DNA of 64,000 nucleotides from an uncultured Gammaproteobacteria bacterium (GTDB lineage: Bacteria > Cyanobacteriota > Vampirovibrionia > Gastranaerophilales > UBA9971): the NCBI GenBank assembly GCA_964558005.1, contig CAZLCO010000006.1, positions 563 to 64,562 of the forward strand. Direction: 5' to 3'. The notes below the pieces were generated by a model, which ran no database searches, was not told the DNA's origin, and was given only the letters and a program-made list of their open reading frames with translations. Shown in pieces: positions 22,220 through 31,938 of the stretch. The translations under genes were made by a program, and so were the position numbers. Position 1 is the stretch's first letter, and each line of letters starts with the position of its first letter.

Positions 22220-22567
22220 AAACAGAAGTAAACCTATAACTGCAGATATATAAATAGCCAGAAGCACTGCGCCTGCGGCGATATCCTTGGTCATTTTGGC
22301 GATTTCCGAGTATTTTGTCCTGAAATATGTATCCACCACGAATTCAACAGCAGTGTTTGTCAGCTCGGCAAAAAGCACAAAGCCAATAGCTATAGCGACT
22401 ACAGCCATTTCAATAAAGGTAAATTTAAGCAATACAGCACTAAATATAACTATTAATGCAATAAAAAAACCTGTTCTGAAGTTGCGCTGGGATTTTATTG
22501 CTATCATCAATCCACGGTGTGCAGCCAGAAAGCTTGCCAGTGTAGATTTATGTCGGTATTTGTTCAT
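22193..22567 (-). CDS. dgkA: Diacylglycerol/undecaprenol kinase (DgkA family)
   Basis: 124 aa with three TM helices and an AELTNTAVEFVVD motif. Confidence 0.85.
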   Translation of the reverse strand: MNKYRHKSTLASFLAAHRGLMIAIKSQRNFRTGFFIALIVIFSAVLLKFTFIEMAVVAIAIGFVLFAELTNTAVEFVVDTYFRTKYSEIAKMTKDIAAGAVLLAIYISAVIGLLLFLPKLIEFF

Positions 22568-22608
22568 TTTATTTTTGCACCTGTTTTAATTCTATTATAA
22601 TTTAATTA

Positions 22609-23418
22609 ATGAAAAAAATTAATTTAAAAACCCCCGCAAAAATAAATCTTGTTCTGGAAATACTCGGCAAGCGGCCTGACGGTTTCCATGAGCTGCATAG
22701 TGTTATGCAGACTGTGAGCCTTTTTGACTGCCTCACTATAACCGTTAAACCCGGGAAAAATAAAATAAACCTGTCAGGCAATTCTATAGAAATACCATAT
22801 GATGAAAACAATATTGTGTTTAAGGCAGCAAAGCTGTTTTTAGAAAAAACGGGTATTAAAGACCAGACTATAGACATATTTATAAACAAAAACATCCCTG
22901 TAGCAGCCGGGTTGGCAGGCGGAAGCTCGGATGCGGCCGGAACTTTGCGGGGGTTGAACGAAATATATGATTATCCGCTGAGCATTGAAGAAGTGCACGA
23001 AATAGCCGCCCGGCTTGGTTCTGACGTTAATTTTTGTCTTGAAGGCGGTACTTGCCTTTGCACCGGCAGGGGTGAAAAAATTGAGCGCATGCCTTTTAAA
23101 AATTTAAAATTTATATTAATTAAGCCTAAAAACCTTTTTATTTCAGCAAAAGAAGCTTATCAAAGGTATGATGAGATTCCGGGCTTGACCCGGAATGACA
23201 ACGGAATGTTCTATAATGACTTTGAAAAAGTTATTATCCCCGCATATCCGGAAATTGGACAACTAAAAAATTTATTGCTTGAGCTGGGCTGCAAAAACGC
23301 CCTTATGTCAGGCAGCGGACCGACTGTGTTTGGGGTTTATGAGGGAGAAGTCGATATAAGCGGATTGCCGGAAGAGTACGAAGTTTTTAAGGTTTATTCC
23401 GTAAACAGCGTCAGCTGA
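22609..23418 (+). CDS. ispE: 4-diphosphocytidyl-2-C-methyl-D-erythritol kinase
   Basis: 269 aa with PAKINLVLEILGKRPDGFHEL and the GHMP motif PVAAGLAGGSSDAA. Confidence 0.92.
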   Translation: MKKINLKTPAKINLVLEILGKRPDGFHELHSVMQTVSLFDCLTITVKPGKNKINLSGNSIEIPYDENNIVFKAAKLFLEKTGIKDQTIDIFINKNIPVAAGLAGGSSDAAGTLRGLNEIYDYPLSIEEVHEIAARLGSDVNFCLEGGTCLCTGRGEKIERMPFKNLKFILIKPKNLFISAKEAYQRYDEIPGLTRNDNGMFYNDFEKVIIPAYPEIGQLKNLLLELGCKNALMSGSGPTVFGVYEGEVDISGLPEEYEVFKVYSVNSVS

Positions 23419-25952
23419 GGAGTTTCAGCCTGAGGTTCATTGCTGCCGCGCTTTCTTGTGGAAATATTCGCCGCATAATCCTTTTGCATCCTGTTCATTA
23501 ACTGCTGTGAACGGTTAATGACCGTTGCGGGCAGTCCGGCCATTTTTGCTACCTGTATGCCGTAGCTCCTGCTTGCGCTGCCCGGGATTACTTTCCTTAA
23601 AAATATTATATTGTCTTCGTTTTCGGAAATCGTCATCCTGTAGTTTTTTATTTCCGGGTATTTATCGCACATTATATTAAGTTCATGGTAATGAGTGGCA
23701 AATATTGTCCTTGCGCCGATTTTCTGGCTTATATGCTCGGCCACGCTCCATGCTATTGCCACGCCGTCGTATGTGCTGGTGCCGCGGCCTATTTCGTCAA
23801 GCAGTATAAAGCTTTTTTCTGTTGCTGAATTTAAAATGCTTGCGGTTTCGGTCATTTCAACCATAAATGTTGACTGGCCGGTTGAAAGGTCATCGACTGC
23901 CCCGACCCGGGTGAAAATTTTATCTACAAGACCTATACGGGCTGATCTTGCGGGAACAAAAGAGCCGATTTGTGCAAGGATTATTATTAAGGCATTCTGA
24001 CGCATATAGGTGGATTTGCCTGCCATGTTAGGCCCGGTAAGTATCATCAACACTGGCGAAGCAATATTAATATCATTCGGCACATAACTGCCAAGCGGCA
24101 GCATTTGCTCAATTACCGGGTGGCGGCCTTCTTCAATTATTAAATCATTTGAGGTGTCTATTTGCGGCTTAATGTACCCCTGCTCTGCGGCCACCTCCGC
24201 AAAGGATAGCAATACATCAAGCACTGCAAGGGCTTTCGCCTTATCCCTTATGGGCTCTACAAACTCCTTGGCGTATTCCCGGAAATTGCAGAACATCTGA
24301 TATTCCAGCTCAGAGCTTTTAGCCCTGGCGGAGAGTATTTCATTTTCATGCTCTTTTAATTCAGGTGTAATATATCTTTCTGCGCTTGTCAGGGTCTGTT
24401 TTCTTATGTAATCGTCCGGTACAAGCGAGGTATTCGAGTGCGTCACTTCGATAAAATAACCAAATATTTTGCTGTAGCTTATTTTTAAGGATTTTATACC
24501 GGTTCTTTCTTTTTCTCTCTGCTCAAATTCGTTTAGCCAGTTTTTACCGTCGCCAAGCAGGCTCTTTAGGTAATCGAGTTCCTCGTTTACCCCTTTTTTG
24601 ATTATATTTCCTTCTTTAAGGCCTATTGGCGGCTCTTCTTCTATTGTCCTTTCAATCAGATCGGTAATATTCAGGATTTTTTCATCATTTTCGTTGAATT
24701 TATTTAGCAACGGCGATTTTGTATTATAAAGAATGTTTCCAAACAAGGGTAAAATCTTTAAGGAATCCCTTAACGCTATAAAATCCTTGCCGTTTGCGCT
24801 GTTGTTACTTATTTTTGTTGCCAGCCGCTCAATATCATAAATTTTATCCAGTAATCCGGCTAGCTCAAAGCGCATTTTAGGGTTTTCAAACAGTTCTTCA
24901 ACACCATTTTGACGCTGTTTTATTTCATTAATATTTTGCAAGGGCTGCTGTATCCATTTCCTTAACAACCTTGCTCCCATATTGGTTTTAGTCCTGTTTA
25001 TCGCCCACAGCAGGCTCCCTTCGTATTTACCGTCCCTGACAGTCTGTGTTAGTTCAAGGTTTCTGCGGGCATTGGAGTCAATTGAGACGAATGAACTGGT
25101 TTCATATGGCATAATCACATCAAATCGGGGCAGGTTTTCCTGTTGCGTTTCAAGCAGGTAGTCGATTATTGCACCTGCTGCAATCAGGCCTTCCGTATAG
25201 TCAGGATAGCCAAAGGCTTCGAGTGACTGTATATTAAATACCTGCTTTATTTTTTCGAACACTGAATCTTTAGAAAAAGCGGTTGCGGGCCTTATTGTGC
25301 AGTTGTATTTTTTGGCGGCGGTTTCAGGCAGGTCAGGGTATTCTTCCGGGACTATATGGAATGGTTTTATCTCTGTTTTTTTAGGCAGGCACAATATTTC
25401 TGATGGTTCTATCCTGTTTATTTCTGATATCAGGGCATTATAGCCAAGTGTTGTTATCCTGAACTCGCCTGTTGAAATGTCTACATATGCAAAGCCCCGC
25501 TTGCACGACTTCTGGATGTTTGTTACTGCGGCGAGGTAATTATTTTTGGATGATTCCAGCATGTTTATATCGGTAATTGTGCCTGCGGTGATAGTTTTTA
25601 CCACATCTCGTTTAACCAGGCCTTTAGCCTGTGCAGGGTCTTCCATTTGTTCGCAAATGGCAACTTTATGGCCTTTTTCCAAAAGTTTTGCTATATAATT
25701 GTCTGCTGCTTTATGCGGCACGCCCGCCATAGGTATTTTGCCCAGCTTGCCGCCGTCTCGGCCTGTTAAGGTGAGTTCCAAATCTTTCGCCGCAGTTATT
25801 GCATCTTCAAAAAAAGTTTCATAAAAGTCACCCATTCTATAAAGCAGTATTGCCCCTGGATTTTTCCTTTTAATTTCAAGGAATTGCTGCATCATGGGGG
25901 TTGCGTCTGAAGGTTTTATGTCAACACTTTTTGTCAGGTTCAGGTTATTCAT
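23394..25952 (-). CDS. mutS: DNA mismatch repair protein MutS
   Basis: 852 aa with N-terminal mismatch-binding GDFYE, Walker A GPNMAGKST and THYHEL motifs. Confidence 0.96.
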   Translation of the reverse strand: MNNLNLTKSVDIKPSDATPMMQQFLEIKRKNPGAILLYRMGDFYETFFEDAITAAKDLELTLTGRDGGKLGKIPMAGVPHKAADNYIAKLLEKGHKVAICEQMEDPAQAKGLVKRDVVKTITAGTITDINMLESSKNNYLAAVTNIQKSCKRGFAYVDISTGEFRITTLGYNALISEINRIEPSEILCLPKKTEIKPFHIVPEEYPDLPETAAKKYNCTIRPATAFSKDSVFEKIKQVFNIQSLEAFGYPDYTEGLIAAGAIIDYLLETQQENLPRFDVIMPYETSSFVSIDSNARRNLELTQTVRDGKYEGSLLWAINRTKTNMGARLLRKWIQQPLQNINEIKQRQNGVEELFENPKMRFELAGLLDKIYDIERLATKISNNSANGKDFIALRDSLKILPLFGNILYNTKSPLLNKFNENDEKILNITDLIERTIEEEPPIGLKEGNIIKKGVNEELDYLKSLLGDGKNWLNEFEQREKERTGIKSLKISYSKIFGYFIEVTHSNTSLVPDDYIRKQTLTSAERYITPELKEHENEILSARAKSSELEYQMFCNFREYAKEFVEPIRDKAKALAVLDVLLSFAEVAAEQGYIKPQIDTSNDLIIEEGRHPVIEQMLPLGSYVPNDINIASPVLMILTGPNMAGKSTYMRQNALIIILAQIGSFVPARSARIGLVDKIFTRVGAVDDLSTGQSTFMVEMTETASILNSATEKSFILLDEIGRGTSTYDGVAIAWSVAEHISQKIGARTIFATHYHELNIMCDKYPEIKNYRMTISENEDNIIFLRKVIPGSASRSYGIQVAKMAGLPATVINRSQQLMNRMQKDYAANISTRKRGSNEPQAETPQLTLFTE

Positions 25953-26029
25953 AATAAAAATAAATCATGAATAAAACTTTGATTCCACAAATTTCAGCAA
26001 AATCTAAACATAATTAATAAGAGCGTCTT

Positions 26030-26191
26030 TTAAGACGCCCCTGAGGTTTTTTTATTTAGACAATGCAAACCAAACAATGATACGTGAGAAGAATCATGAT
26101 TTTCGTGCTGGTTGCAGCACTTGCCGTAGAGTTTACATACCCTCTCAAAAGGATGTTCCCTTATATTTTTGATATTTTTTTGTTTATCCAT
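26030..26191 (-). CDS. Candidate small Cys/His-rich protein (53 aa, below the ORF-track cutoff)
   Basis: Hand translation: MDKQKNIKNIREHPFERVCKLYGKCCNQHENHDSSHVSLFGLHCLNKKTSGAS. AAAGGAG lies 7 nt upstream of the ATG, and the GCGTCT/AGACGC hairpin overlaps the stop. Confidence 0.35.
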   Translation of the reverse strand: MDKQKNIKNIREHPFERVCKLYGKCCNQHENHDSSHVSLFGLHCLNKKTSGAS

Positions 26192-26338
26192 AAAATTCTC
26201 CTTTTACAATAATTTCTATATATTATTGTACTACTTATTGAGAACATTTCTCATTAATTAATGTTATTTTAATTATTGGCAAAAACAAAAAAAGGACGCT
26301 CTATAATGCGCCCTTTTTGCTATTTCAACATTAATAAA

Positions 26339-26764
26339 TTATTCTATGCTTGATTCCATCTCAATACGTACAGTTTCATCATCGAGAGGTTCTGTTTCTT
26401 CTTCTGTTTCGGGGGGTGCTTCTTCAGCTGCTACATTGTTGGTCCTTATAGATTCACCCGCTTTATTTTTTATGAGTTTTTCCTTGGCGCTTTTTACCTG
26501 CCTGTCCAGCCTGTCGGCAAGGAGGTCAATTGCCGCGTACATTGATTCAGCGTCTTCCTTGATTTTGACCACAGAGCCGTTAAGAAAACATACTACTTCA
26601 GCAGTGTTGTTTTTCTTTACACTCGGGTTTTTGTTAACGCTCAGAGTAATTTTAATATTAATTATCTGATTGTTATGCTTGATGATTTTGCCGATTTTTT
26701 CATTTACATAATTTTTAATTGCATCTGTGATATCGATGTTTTTTCCGTTAATGGTAAAGTTCAT
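26339..26764 (-). CDS. hpf: Ribosome hibernation promoting factor (short HPF/RaiA type with acidic tail)
   Basis: 141 aa with a typical N-terminus (MNFTINGKNIDITDAIKNYVNEKIGK) and an acidic C-terminal extension. Confidence 0.85.
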   Translation of the reverse strand: MNFTINGKNIDITDAIKNYVNEKIGKIIKHNNQIINIKITLSVNKNPSVKKNNTAEVVCFLNGSVVKIKEDAESMYAAIDLLADRLDRQVKSAKEKLIKNKAGESIRTNNVAAEEAPPETEEETEPLDDETVRIEMESSIE

Positions 26765-27057
26765 GTATTTCCTCCTGATCAGAGCTAATCTGTATATAAA
26801 ACAAGTATTCTTATAGTATAACGAATTTTTTAATTAATTTAAACTGAATTTGGCTGAATTGTAAATCTTAATCAACTTTTTATAAAATTTTTTAATTATC
26901 TATAAGTGCAAACTTAAATAATGAATATGCCAGTCTTCTTCTCGCTAAGAGCATTCCGGCTAAGATTAAGGTTTATAAGTAGTTATATAGAAAAATTATA
27001 CTTATTTGGAATTTAATTTCCTTTGAAAAGCTCTATTTTAAAATTAATAGCCTAAAA

Positions 27058-28800
27058 ATGGAGAGTATTTCTATGCCCGATCATGATATTAATAAACAAA
27101 AATACTTAGAAAATATAATAAGCCATACCCTGACAAGCTATGACCTTGAAGAAGCTATCCGGAATATTACAATGGAGCTGGGGAATCTCTTTAACGCTGA
27201 TAGAGTTCATTTCAGGCTTTACAATGAAGAGATGGAAGCATTTTCAGAAGTTATAGAAGAATATAAAAAAAGTGAAGATATACCCTCGTCAAAAGGAAAA
27301 ATGATTTATCCGCAGGAATTTGACAAATATTTAAAAGATAAATTGATTGAAGAAAAGCATATTTTTGTAATTGATGATATAAATGCGCCTGAGTACCCGG
27401 AATCCTTTAAACAGCTCTTTAGAAGCCTTGATATAAATAATGAAATTGTATTCCCTGTTTTTTATATGGATAAGCTTGAATCAGTATTTTTCATAACAAA
27501 CACTGAATCAAAAGAGCTGTTGTCAAAACAAAACCTGGAATCTTTAATGCCAGTGGCAAAAGACCTTTCTATAGGAACGCATTTGTTCAAAGTGCAAAAT
27601 AATCTGGTTAAAACTGTAGAATATGAAAAAATCCTCAGGGAAATAATAATGGAAGTCAGCTCATATGAGCGACCTCAGCAGGTGTTTGAATACCTTGCAA
27701 ACAGGCTGGCTAGTCTATATGCTGTAAACAGGGCAGCTCACCTGCAGGTTGATGATGATAGAAATTTTGTCGTTATTTTTGAAGCAACCAGTGATAATCT
27801 GTCTGATATTAAAGGCCAGACAATATTTATCTCTGAATCTTTCAGGGAACTAACCGCTCATATGGAACACAAAATAGTAGTAATCAACGATATTGAGCAG
27901 ATAAAAAATGATAAATTAAAAGAATATTTACTTAATAATAATATACAGGTATTTATGCTCTATCCGCTTGAAGAAATTCTTCCTAAGGGCGGAGGTAAAA
28001 AAATAACTGACAGGATTATACTGTGTTCTCCTATTCCAAGAAAATGGACAAAAGAGGAAATAGAGAATTTGGAACTTATAGCCGGAACAATAGCCATTGT
28101 TTATACAGATATTTTAAGAAAAAAAGAAATTGCGGAAATTCAGGAAACTTTTTTAGCTTCACTTATACATGACCTGAGAAGCCCCATATTAGGAGAACAA
28201 AAAGCACTTGAATTTTTAATGTCAAGAAAGCCCGATACTCAGATTAAAGAGATTGCCGAATACCATAAGGATATGTATGCCAATAATGAATACCTTTTAA
28301 ACATAATAAACAACCTTCTTGGCGTTTATTCCCTGGAACTTGGACATAAAGAGGTAGAAACGGAACTCTCTCACATAAATAAAATAATTGATAACGCAGT
28401 AAGGTCAATAAAATATCTTGCTGATGAGAATGAAGATACGATAAATATAAATACTCAGGAAAAATTGTCTGAAATTAAAATGGACCCTGATGAAATAAAA
28501 AGGATTATTATAAATCTAATAAGCAATGCGGTTAAACATAATCCCAAAGGGATTAATATTGAAGTTTCAGCTGAACAAAGAGAGAATGACATTCTTTTAT
28601 CAATAGCGGATAATGGTGTAGGAATACCTGAGTCAGAAAAAGAAAAAATATTCCAGAAATACCCGAAAGCCAAAAGACATATTGGAACAGGGCTGGGATT
28701 ATATTTATCAAAACAAATCGTTGAACTCCACGGAGGAGATATATGGTTTGAATCTGAAGAAGGTAAAGGAACTACCTTTTATTTCACATTACCCATATAA
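27058..28800 (+). CDS. Cytoplasmic sensor histidine kinase with GAF-like N-terminal domains
   Basis: 580 aa with no TM segments. H-box SLIHDLRSPI and HATPase motifs (NLISNAVKH, DNGVGIP, GTGLGLYLS). Confidence 0.85.
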   Translation: MESISMPDHDINKQKYLENIISHTLTSYDLEEAIRNITMELGNLFNADRVHFRLYNEEMEAFSEVIEEYKKSEDIPSSKGKMIYPQEFDKYLKDKLIEEKHIFVIDDINAPEYPESFKQLFRSLDINNEIVFPVFYMDKLESVFFITNTESKELLSKQNLESLMPVAKDLSIGTHLFKVQNNLVKTVEYEKILREIIMEVSSYERPQQVFEYLANRLASLYAVNRAAHLQVDDDRNFVVIFEATSDNLSDIKGQTIFISESFRELTAHMEHKIVVINDIEQIKNDKLKEYLLNNNIQVFMLYPLEEILPKGGGKKITDRIILCSPIPRKWTKEEIENLELIAGTIAIVYTDILRKKEIAEIQETFLASLIHDLRSPILGEQKALEFLMSRKPDTQIKEIAEYHKDMYANNEYLLNIINNLLGVYSLELGHKEVETELSHINKIIDNAVRSIKYLADENEDTININTQEKLSEIKMDPDEIKRIIINLISNAVKHNPKGINIEVSAEQRENDILLSIADNGVGIPESEKEKIFQKYPKAKRHIGTGLGLYLSKQIVELHGGDIWFESEEGKGTTFYFTLPI

Positions 28801-28810
28801 GGACAATATT

Positions 28811-29266
28811 ATGTTTGAAACTACTTCACTTCCAATAAAAATAATAATAGCGGAAGATGATATTTTATATAGAAAGGCTCTAAAGGATTTTTTTCAGGAA
28901 GACCCTTGTTTTATGGTTATCGGAGAAGCAAAAGACGGTCAAACTGCTGTATCTCTTACTAAGGAGCTAAGACCTGACCTGATAATTATGGATTTGGGGC
29001 TTCCTGTTATGTCAGGTATAGAAGCAATTAAAAAAATCAAAGAGAGTAATCTATCAGTAAAAATTATGGTTTTAACTGCCCACGAAAACCAGGATGAGGC
29101 CGTGGAATCATTAGCTACCGGTGCTACTGCCTATGTTAATAAGGATATAGATATGAAATACTTAAAAATGATTATTGAGACGGTTGATAAAGGGGCTGTG
29201 TGGGTATCTCCTCTAATTGGAAGAAAAGTTTTATCAGAAGTTATCAGATGCTATAAAAAGAATTAA
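28811..29266 (+). CDS. Response regulator, receiver domain only
   Basis: ATG at 28811 (MFETTSLPIKIIIAEDD...) lies 10 nt after the kinase stop. Receiver motifs DLIIMDLGLP and VLTAH are present. The tail of about 30 aa is too short for an HTH. Confidence 0.85.
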   Translation: MFETTSLPIKIIIAEDDILYRKALKDFFQEDPCFMVIGEAKDGQTAVSLTKELRPDLIIMDLGLPVMSGIEAIKKIKESNLSVKIMVLTAHENQDEAVESLATGATAYVNKDIDMKYLKMIIETVDKGAVWVSPLIGRKVLSEVIRCYKKN

Positions 29267-29289
29267 AAATTTTCAACGCTAATAAAGAA

Positions 29290-29331
29290 TGCGCTTGGCG
29301 GGAGTCGAACCCACGACCTATGGCTTCGGAG
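29290..29331 (-). repeat. Duplicated 3' portion of tRNA-Arg (distal att-type repeat)
   Basis: TGCGCTTGGCGGGAGTCGAACCCACGACCTATGGCTTCGGAG here versus TGCGCCTGGCGGGATTCGAACCCACGACCTACGGCTTCGGAG at 33236-33277. Confidence 0.85.
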
Positions 29332-29461
29332 TTGATTTAAAAGCATTTTGACGCTTTTTGATGGGCTTTGATAATTTAGGTTAAATTTAGACGTGGTGGG
29401 CGTTTTCGGTAATCTTGGGTTGTATGGTTTTTGATGGAGTTTGATGCCTTTATTTAATTTT

Positions 29462-29484
29462 ATGGCACAAAATTGGCACAAAAT
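29462..29484 (+). repeat. Tandem ATGGCACAAAA / TTGGCACAAAA motif (left copy)
   Basis: ATGGCACAAAATTGGCACAAAAT. A near-identical tandem lies at 33190-33213. Confidence 0.6.
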
Positions 29485-29593
29485 TTTTTGACTCAAATTT
29501 GGATTCCTTCGGAAAAATGTAATATCTTGTAGAATATTCCTGTAAAAAAGTGTAAAATATGATATGATTTTAATGTAAAAAAGTGGGATTGTT

Positions 29594-30898
29594 ATGAAAA
29601 GAAAAGCTATAAAAGAACTCATTAACTGGAAAAAAAAGAAGAAACATAAGCCTATAATTATAAGAGGTGCAAGGCAGGTTGGAAAAACCTGGCTTATGCA
29701 GGAATTTGGAAAGAACGAATACCAGCAAACCGCTTATATAAACTTTGACAGTAATCCAAGAATGGCTGATCTTTTTGCAAAAGACCTGGATCTTGAAAGG
29801 CTGCTGCTGGGACTAGATATTGAGGTTGGGTTCAAAATTGATCCTCAAAATACTTTAATCATATTCGATGAAATCCAGGAATGCCCCAAAGCACTAACAT
29901 CTCTGAAATATTTTAATGAAAATGCGCCACAATACGATGTTGTAGCTGCGGGAAGTTTGCTTGGTGTTGCTTGTCATGAAGGAACAGGGTTTCCGGTCGG
30001 GAAAGTAGAGTTTATGGATTTGTATCCACTTAGCTTTGAAGAGTTTATAGAAGCACTTGGGGAAAGCCCGTTATTAGAATTAATCAGGAAACAGGACTTT
30101 GAGCTTATTAAAACTTTTAAGGATAAGTACCTGAACCTGTTGAAACAATATTGTTATATCGGAGGTATGCCCGAAATTGTCCAGGATTTTATTGATAATA
30201 AAGACTTTAATGCAGTTAGGGCAAAGCAAAAAGATATACTATCTGCCTATGAAAGAGACTTTACAAAGCATATTCCGGCAAATACAGTTGCAAAAATTCG
30301 CCTTCTCTGGAAATCAATACCGGCGCAATTAACTAAAGATAATAAGAAGTTTATATACGGGGCAATTAAAGAAGGAGCAAGGGCAAAAGAATTTGAAACA
30401 GCCCTTTCCTGGCTTTGTGATTGCGGGTTGATATACAAAGTTAATAGAATATCAAAACCAGGTCTGCCTATAACTGCTTATGAGAAATTTGACGCATTTA
30501 AGTTATTCATGCTTGATGTTGGTTTATTAGGGGCTTTGACAAATCTTGATGTAAAAACACTGCTGGAAGAGAACAAAATATTTGAAGAATTTAAGGGAGC
30601 GATTGCTGAACAATATGTCTTACAGCAATTTAAAACTATTAATAACTTACCTGTCTTTTATTGGACTAATGAAACAAGTCGCTCTGAGATAGACTTTGTT
30701 ATTGAATTAGACTCAAATATAATTCCTGTGGAAGTTAAATCTTCAACTAACCTAAAAGCTAAAAGTTTAAAAATATACAGGGATAAATTCAGTCCAAAAG
30801 TATTAATCCGGACATCAACTGCTGATTATAACCAAAATGAAGGTTTATATGATATCCCATTGTATTTGTTGGAATTAATACAGGTAATAGTTCTTTAA
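29594..30898 (+). CDS. AAA+ ATPase of the DUF4143 type with a C-terminal PD-(D/E)xK-like segment
   Basis: 434 aa with Walker A GARQVGKT and Walker B LIIFDEIQ. The C-terminal EIDFVIE...IPVEVKSS resembles a nuclease-fold motif. Confidence 0.8.
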   Translation: MKRKAIKELINWKKKKKHKPIIIRGARQVGKTWLMQEFGKNEYQQTAYINFDSNPRMADLFAKDLDLERLLLGLDIEVGFKIDPQNTLIIFDEIQECPKALTSLKYFNENAPQYDVVAAGSLLGVACHEGTGFPVGKVEFMDLYPLSFEEFIEALGESPLLELIRKQDFELIKTFKDKYLNLLKQYCYIGGMPEIVQDFIDNKDFNAVRAKQKDILSAYERDFTKHIPANTVAKIRLLWKSIPAQLTKDNKKFIYGAIKEGARAKEFETALSWLCDCGLIYKVNRISKPGLPITAYEKFDAFKLFMLDVGLLGALTNLDVKTLLEENKIFEEFKGAIAEQYVLQQFKTINNLPVFYWTNETSRSEIDFVIELDSNIIPVEVKSSTNLKAKSLKIYRDKFSPKVLIRTSTADYNQNEGLYDIPLYLLELIQVIVL

Positions 30899-31114
30899 CG
30901 GATTGCTCCTTGTGTTGCAGTCTTAATGTACATATTATCTGTCTTACATGCGTCCACATGCACGAGTAAGCATTGCCAGACTAGTCCTATATCCTCACTA
31001 TGTTTGCCTTCCCCTGATTCCACATGCATTACATGCACACTTTCAAAAACTCACATCTAGAAGGATTTTGCGCTACAGATTACCCGCATCCGGTACCCCC
31101 CGGCGGAGGAACCA

Positions 31115-31567
31115 TTGATTTTTGAGCGAATAGAATTCATAACAGCTTATTACACTCCCAACAGAAACCGCCATGTTGATATGTCTAATGAGCTCGCAAA
31201 AGTTCTCAAGGAATGGAAACTAAAATGCCCATACAGCGATAAGGAGCTTGTTTTCCCGAACAAAGAAGGAAAATACCTTGATCCAAATAATATGAATAAG
31301 CGACAGTTCCAGCCCCTACTGAGGAAGGCCAAAATTAAAACCATCAGGTTCCACGATTTAAGGCACACTTACGCTTCTCTGTTGATAGCAAGCAATATTC
31401 CTATAAAATACATTCAAACCCAAATGGGACAAGCTTCTATCCAAATGACAATGGATACATACGGCCATATTCTGCCGGAAGTTACGCAGCAGGGAGTTAA
31501 TGCGCTGGACAATTTGCTCCATTTAAATAAAAAACAAACAAATAAACCTCTTAAGATTGCCAAATAA
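31115..31567 (+). pseudogene. Tyrosine recombinase (phage integrase family), C-terminal fragment only
   Basis: 150 aa containing RFHDLRHTYASLL and TMDTYGHI (catalytic Tyr region). The N-terminal SAM-like domain and the first catalytic Arg block are absent, and no intact upstream frame exists. Confidence 0.75.
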
Positions 31568-31580
31568 TCTATAATATGCA

Positions 31581-31694
31581 CGTACGTATGTAAAATCTAA
31601 AAATGTTGGGGAAATTTGTAAGATATTTACGTACGTGTATAAATCTAGTCTTTTTAGCTAAATTATTATATAATATATACGAACGTGTATATTC
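31581..31694 (+). promoter_or_regulatory. Three direct repeats upstream of hipB (candidate operators)
   Basis: CGTACGTATGTAAAATCTA (31581-31599), CGTACGTGTATAAATCTA (31630-31647) and CGAACGTGTATATTC (31680-31694). The last ends 10 nt before the hipB ATG. Confidence 0.5.
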
Positions 31695-31704
31695 ATGGTG
31701 ATGT

Positions 31705-31935
31705 ATGAAATTATCTACTTCAAAAGAATTTGGCGCATTAATAAAAAAAGTCCGGAAAGAACAGGGATTAACTCAGGTTGATTTGGCTAATGTCTGTTTA
31801 GTCAGCACTGGGTTTATAAGCGATTTAGAGAAGGGCAAACCAAGCAGTGAACTTGATAAATCACTTAAAGTAGCTGCGATGCTCGGCATTAATTTTGAAG
31901 CGCAAGAACCACCTAAATTAAATGAGCAGGAATAA
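31705..31935 (+). CDS. hipB: XRE-family HTH antitoxin HipB
   Basis: 76 aa with HTH LTQVDLANVCLVSTGFISDLEKG, lying 3 nt upstream of hipA. Confidence 0.85.
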   Translation: MKLSTSKEFGALIKKVRKEQGLTQVDLANVCLVSTGFISDLEKGKPSSELDKSLKVAAMLGINFEAQEPPKLNEQE

Positions 31936-31938
31936 TAA

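Noticed and set aside
28682..28810. N-terminal extension of the response-regulator ORF given in the ORF track
   Set aside because: It overlaps the 3' end of the histidine kinase in another frame. The receiver domain begins right after the ATG at 28811, which lies 10 nt past the kinase stop.
29263..29622. 119-aa minus-strand ORF
   Set aside because: It spans the duplicated tRNA-Arg fragment and the promoter region of the ATPase gene, and it has no RBS or recognisable family.
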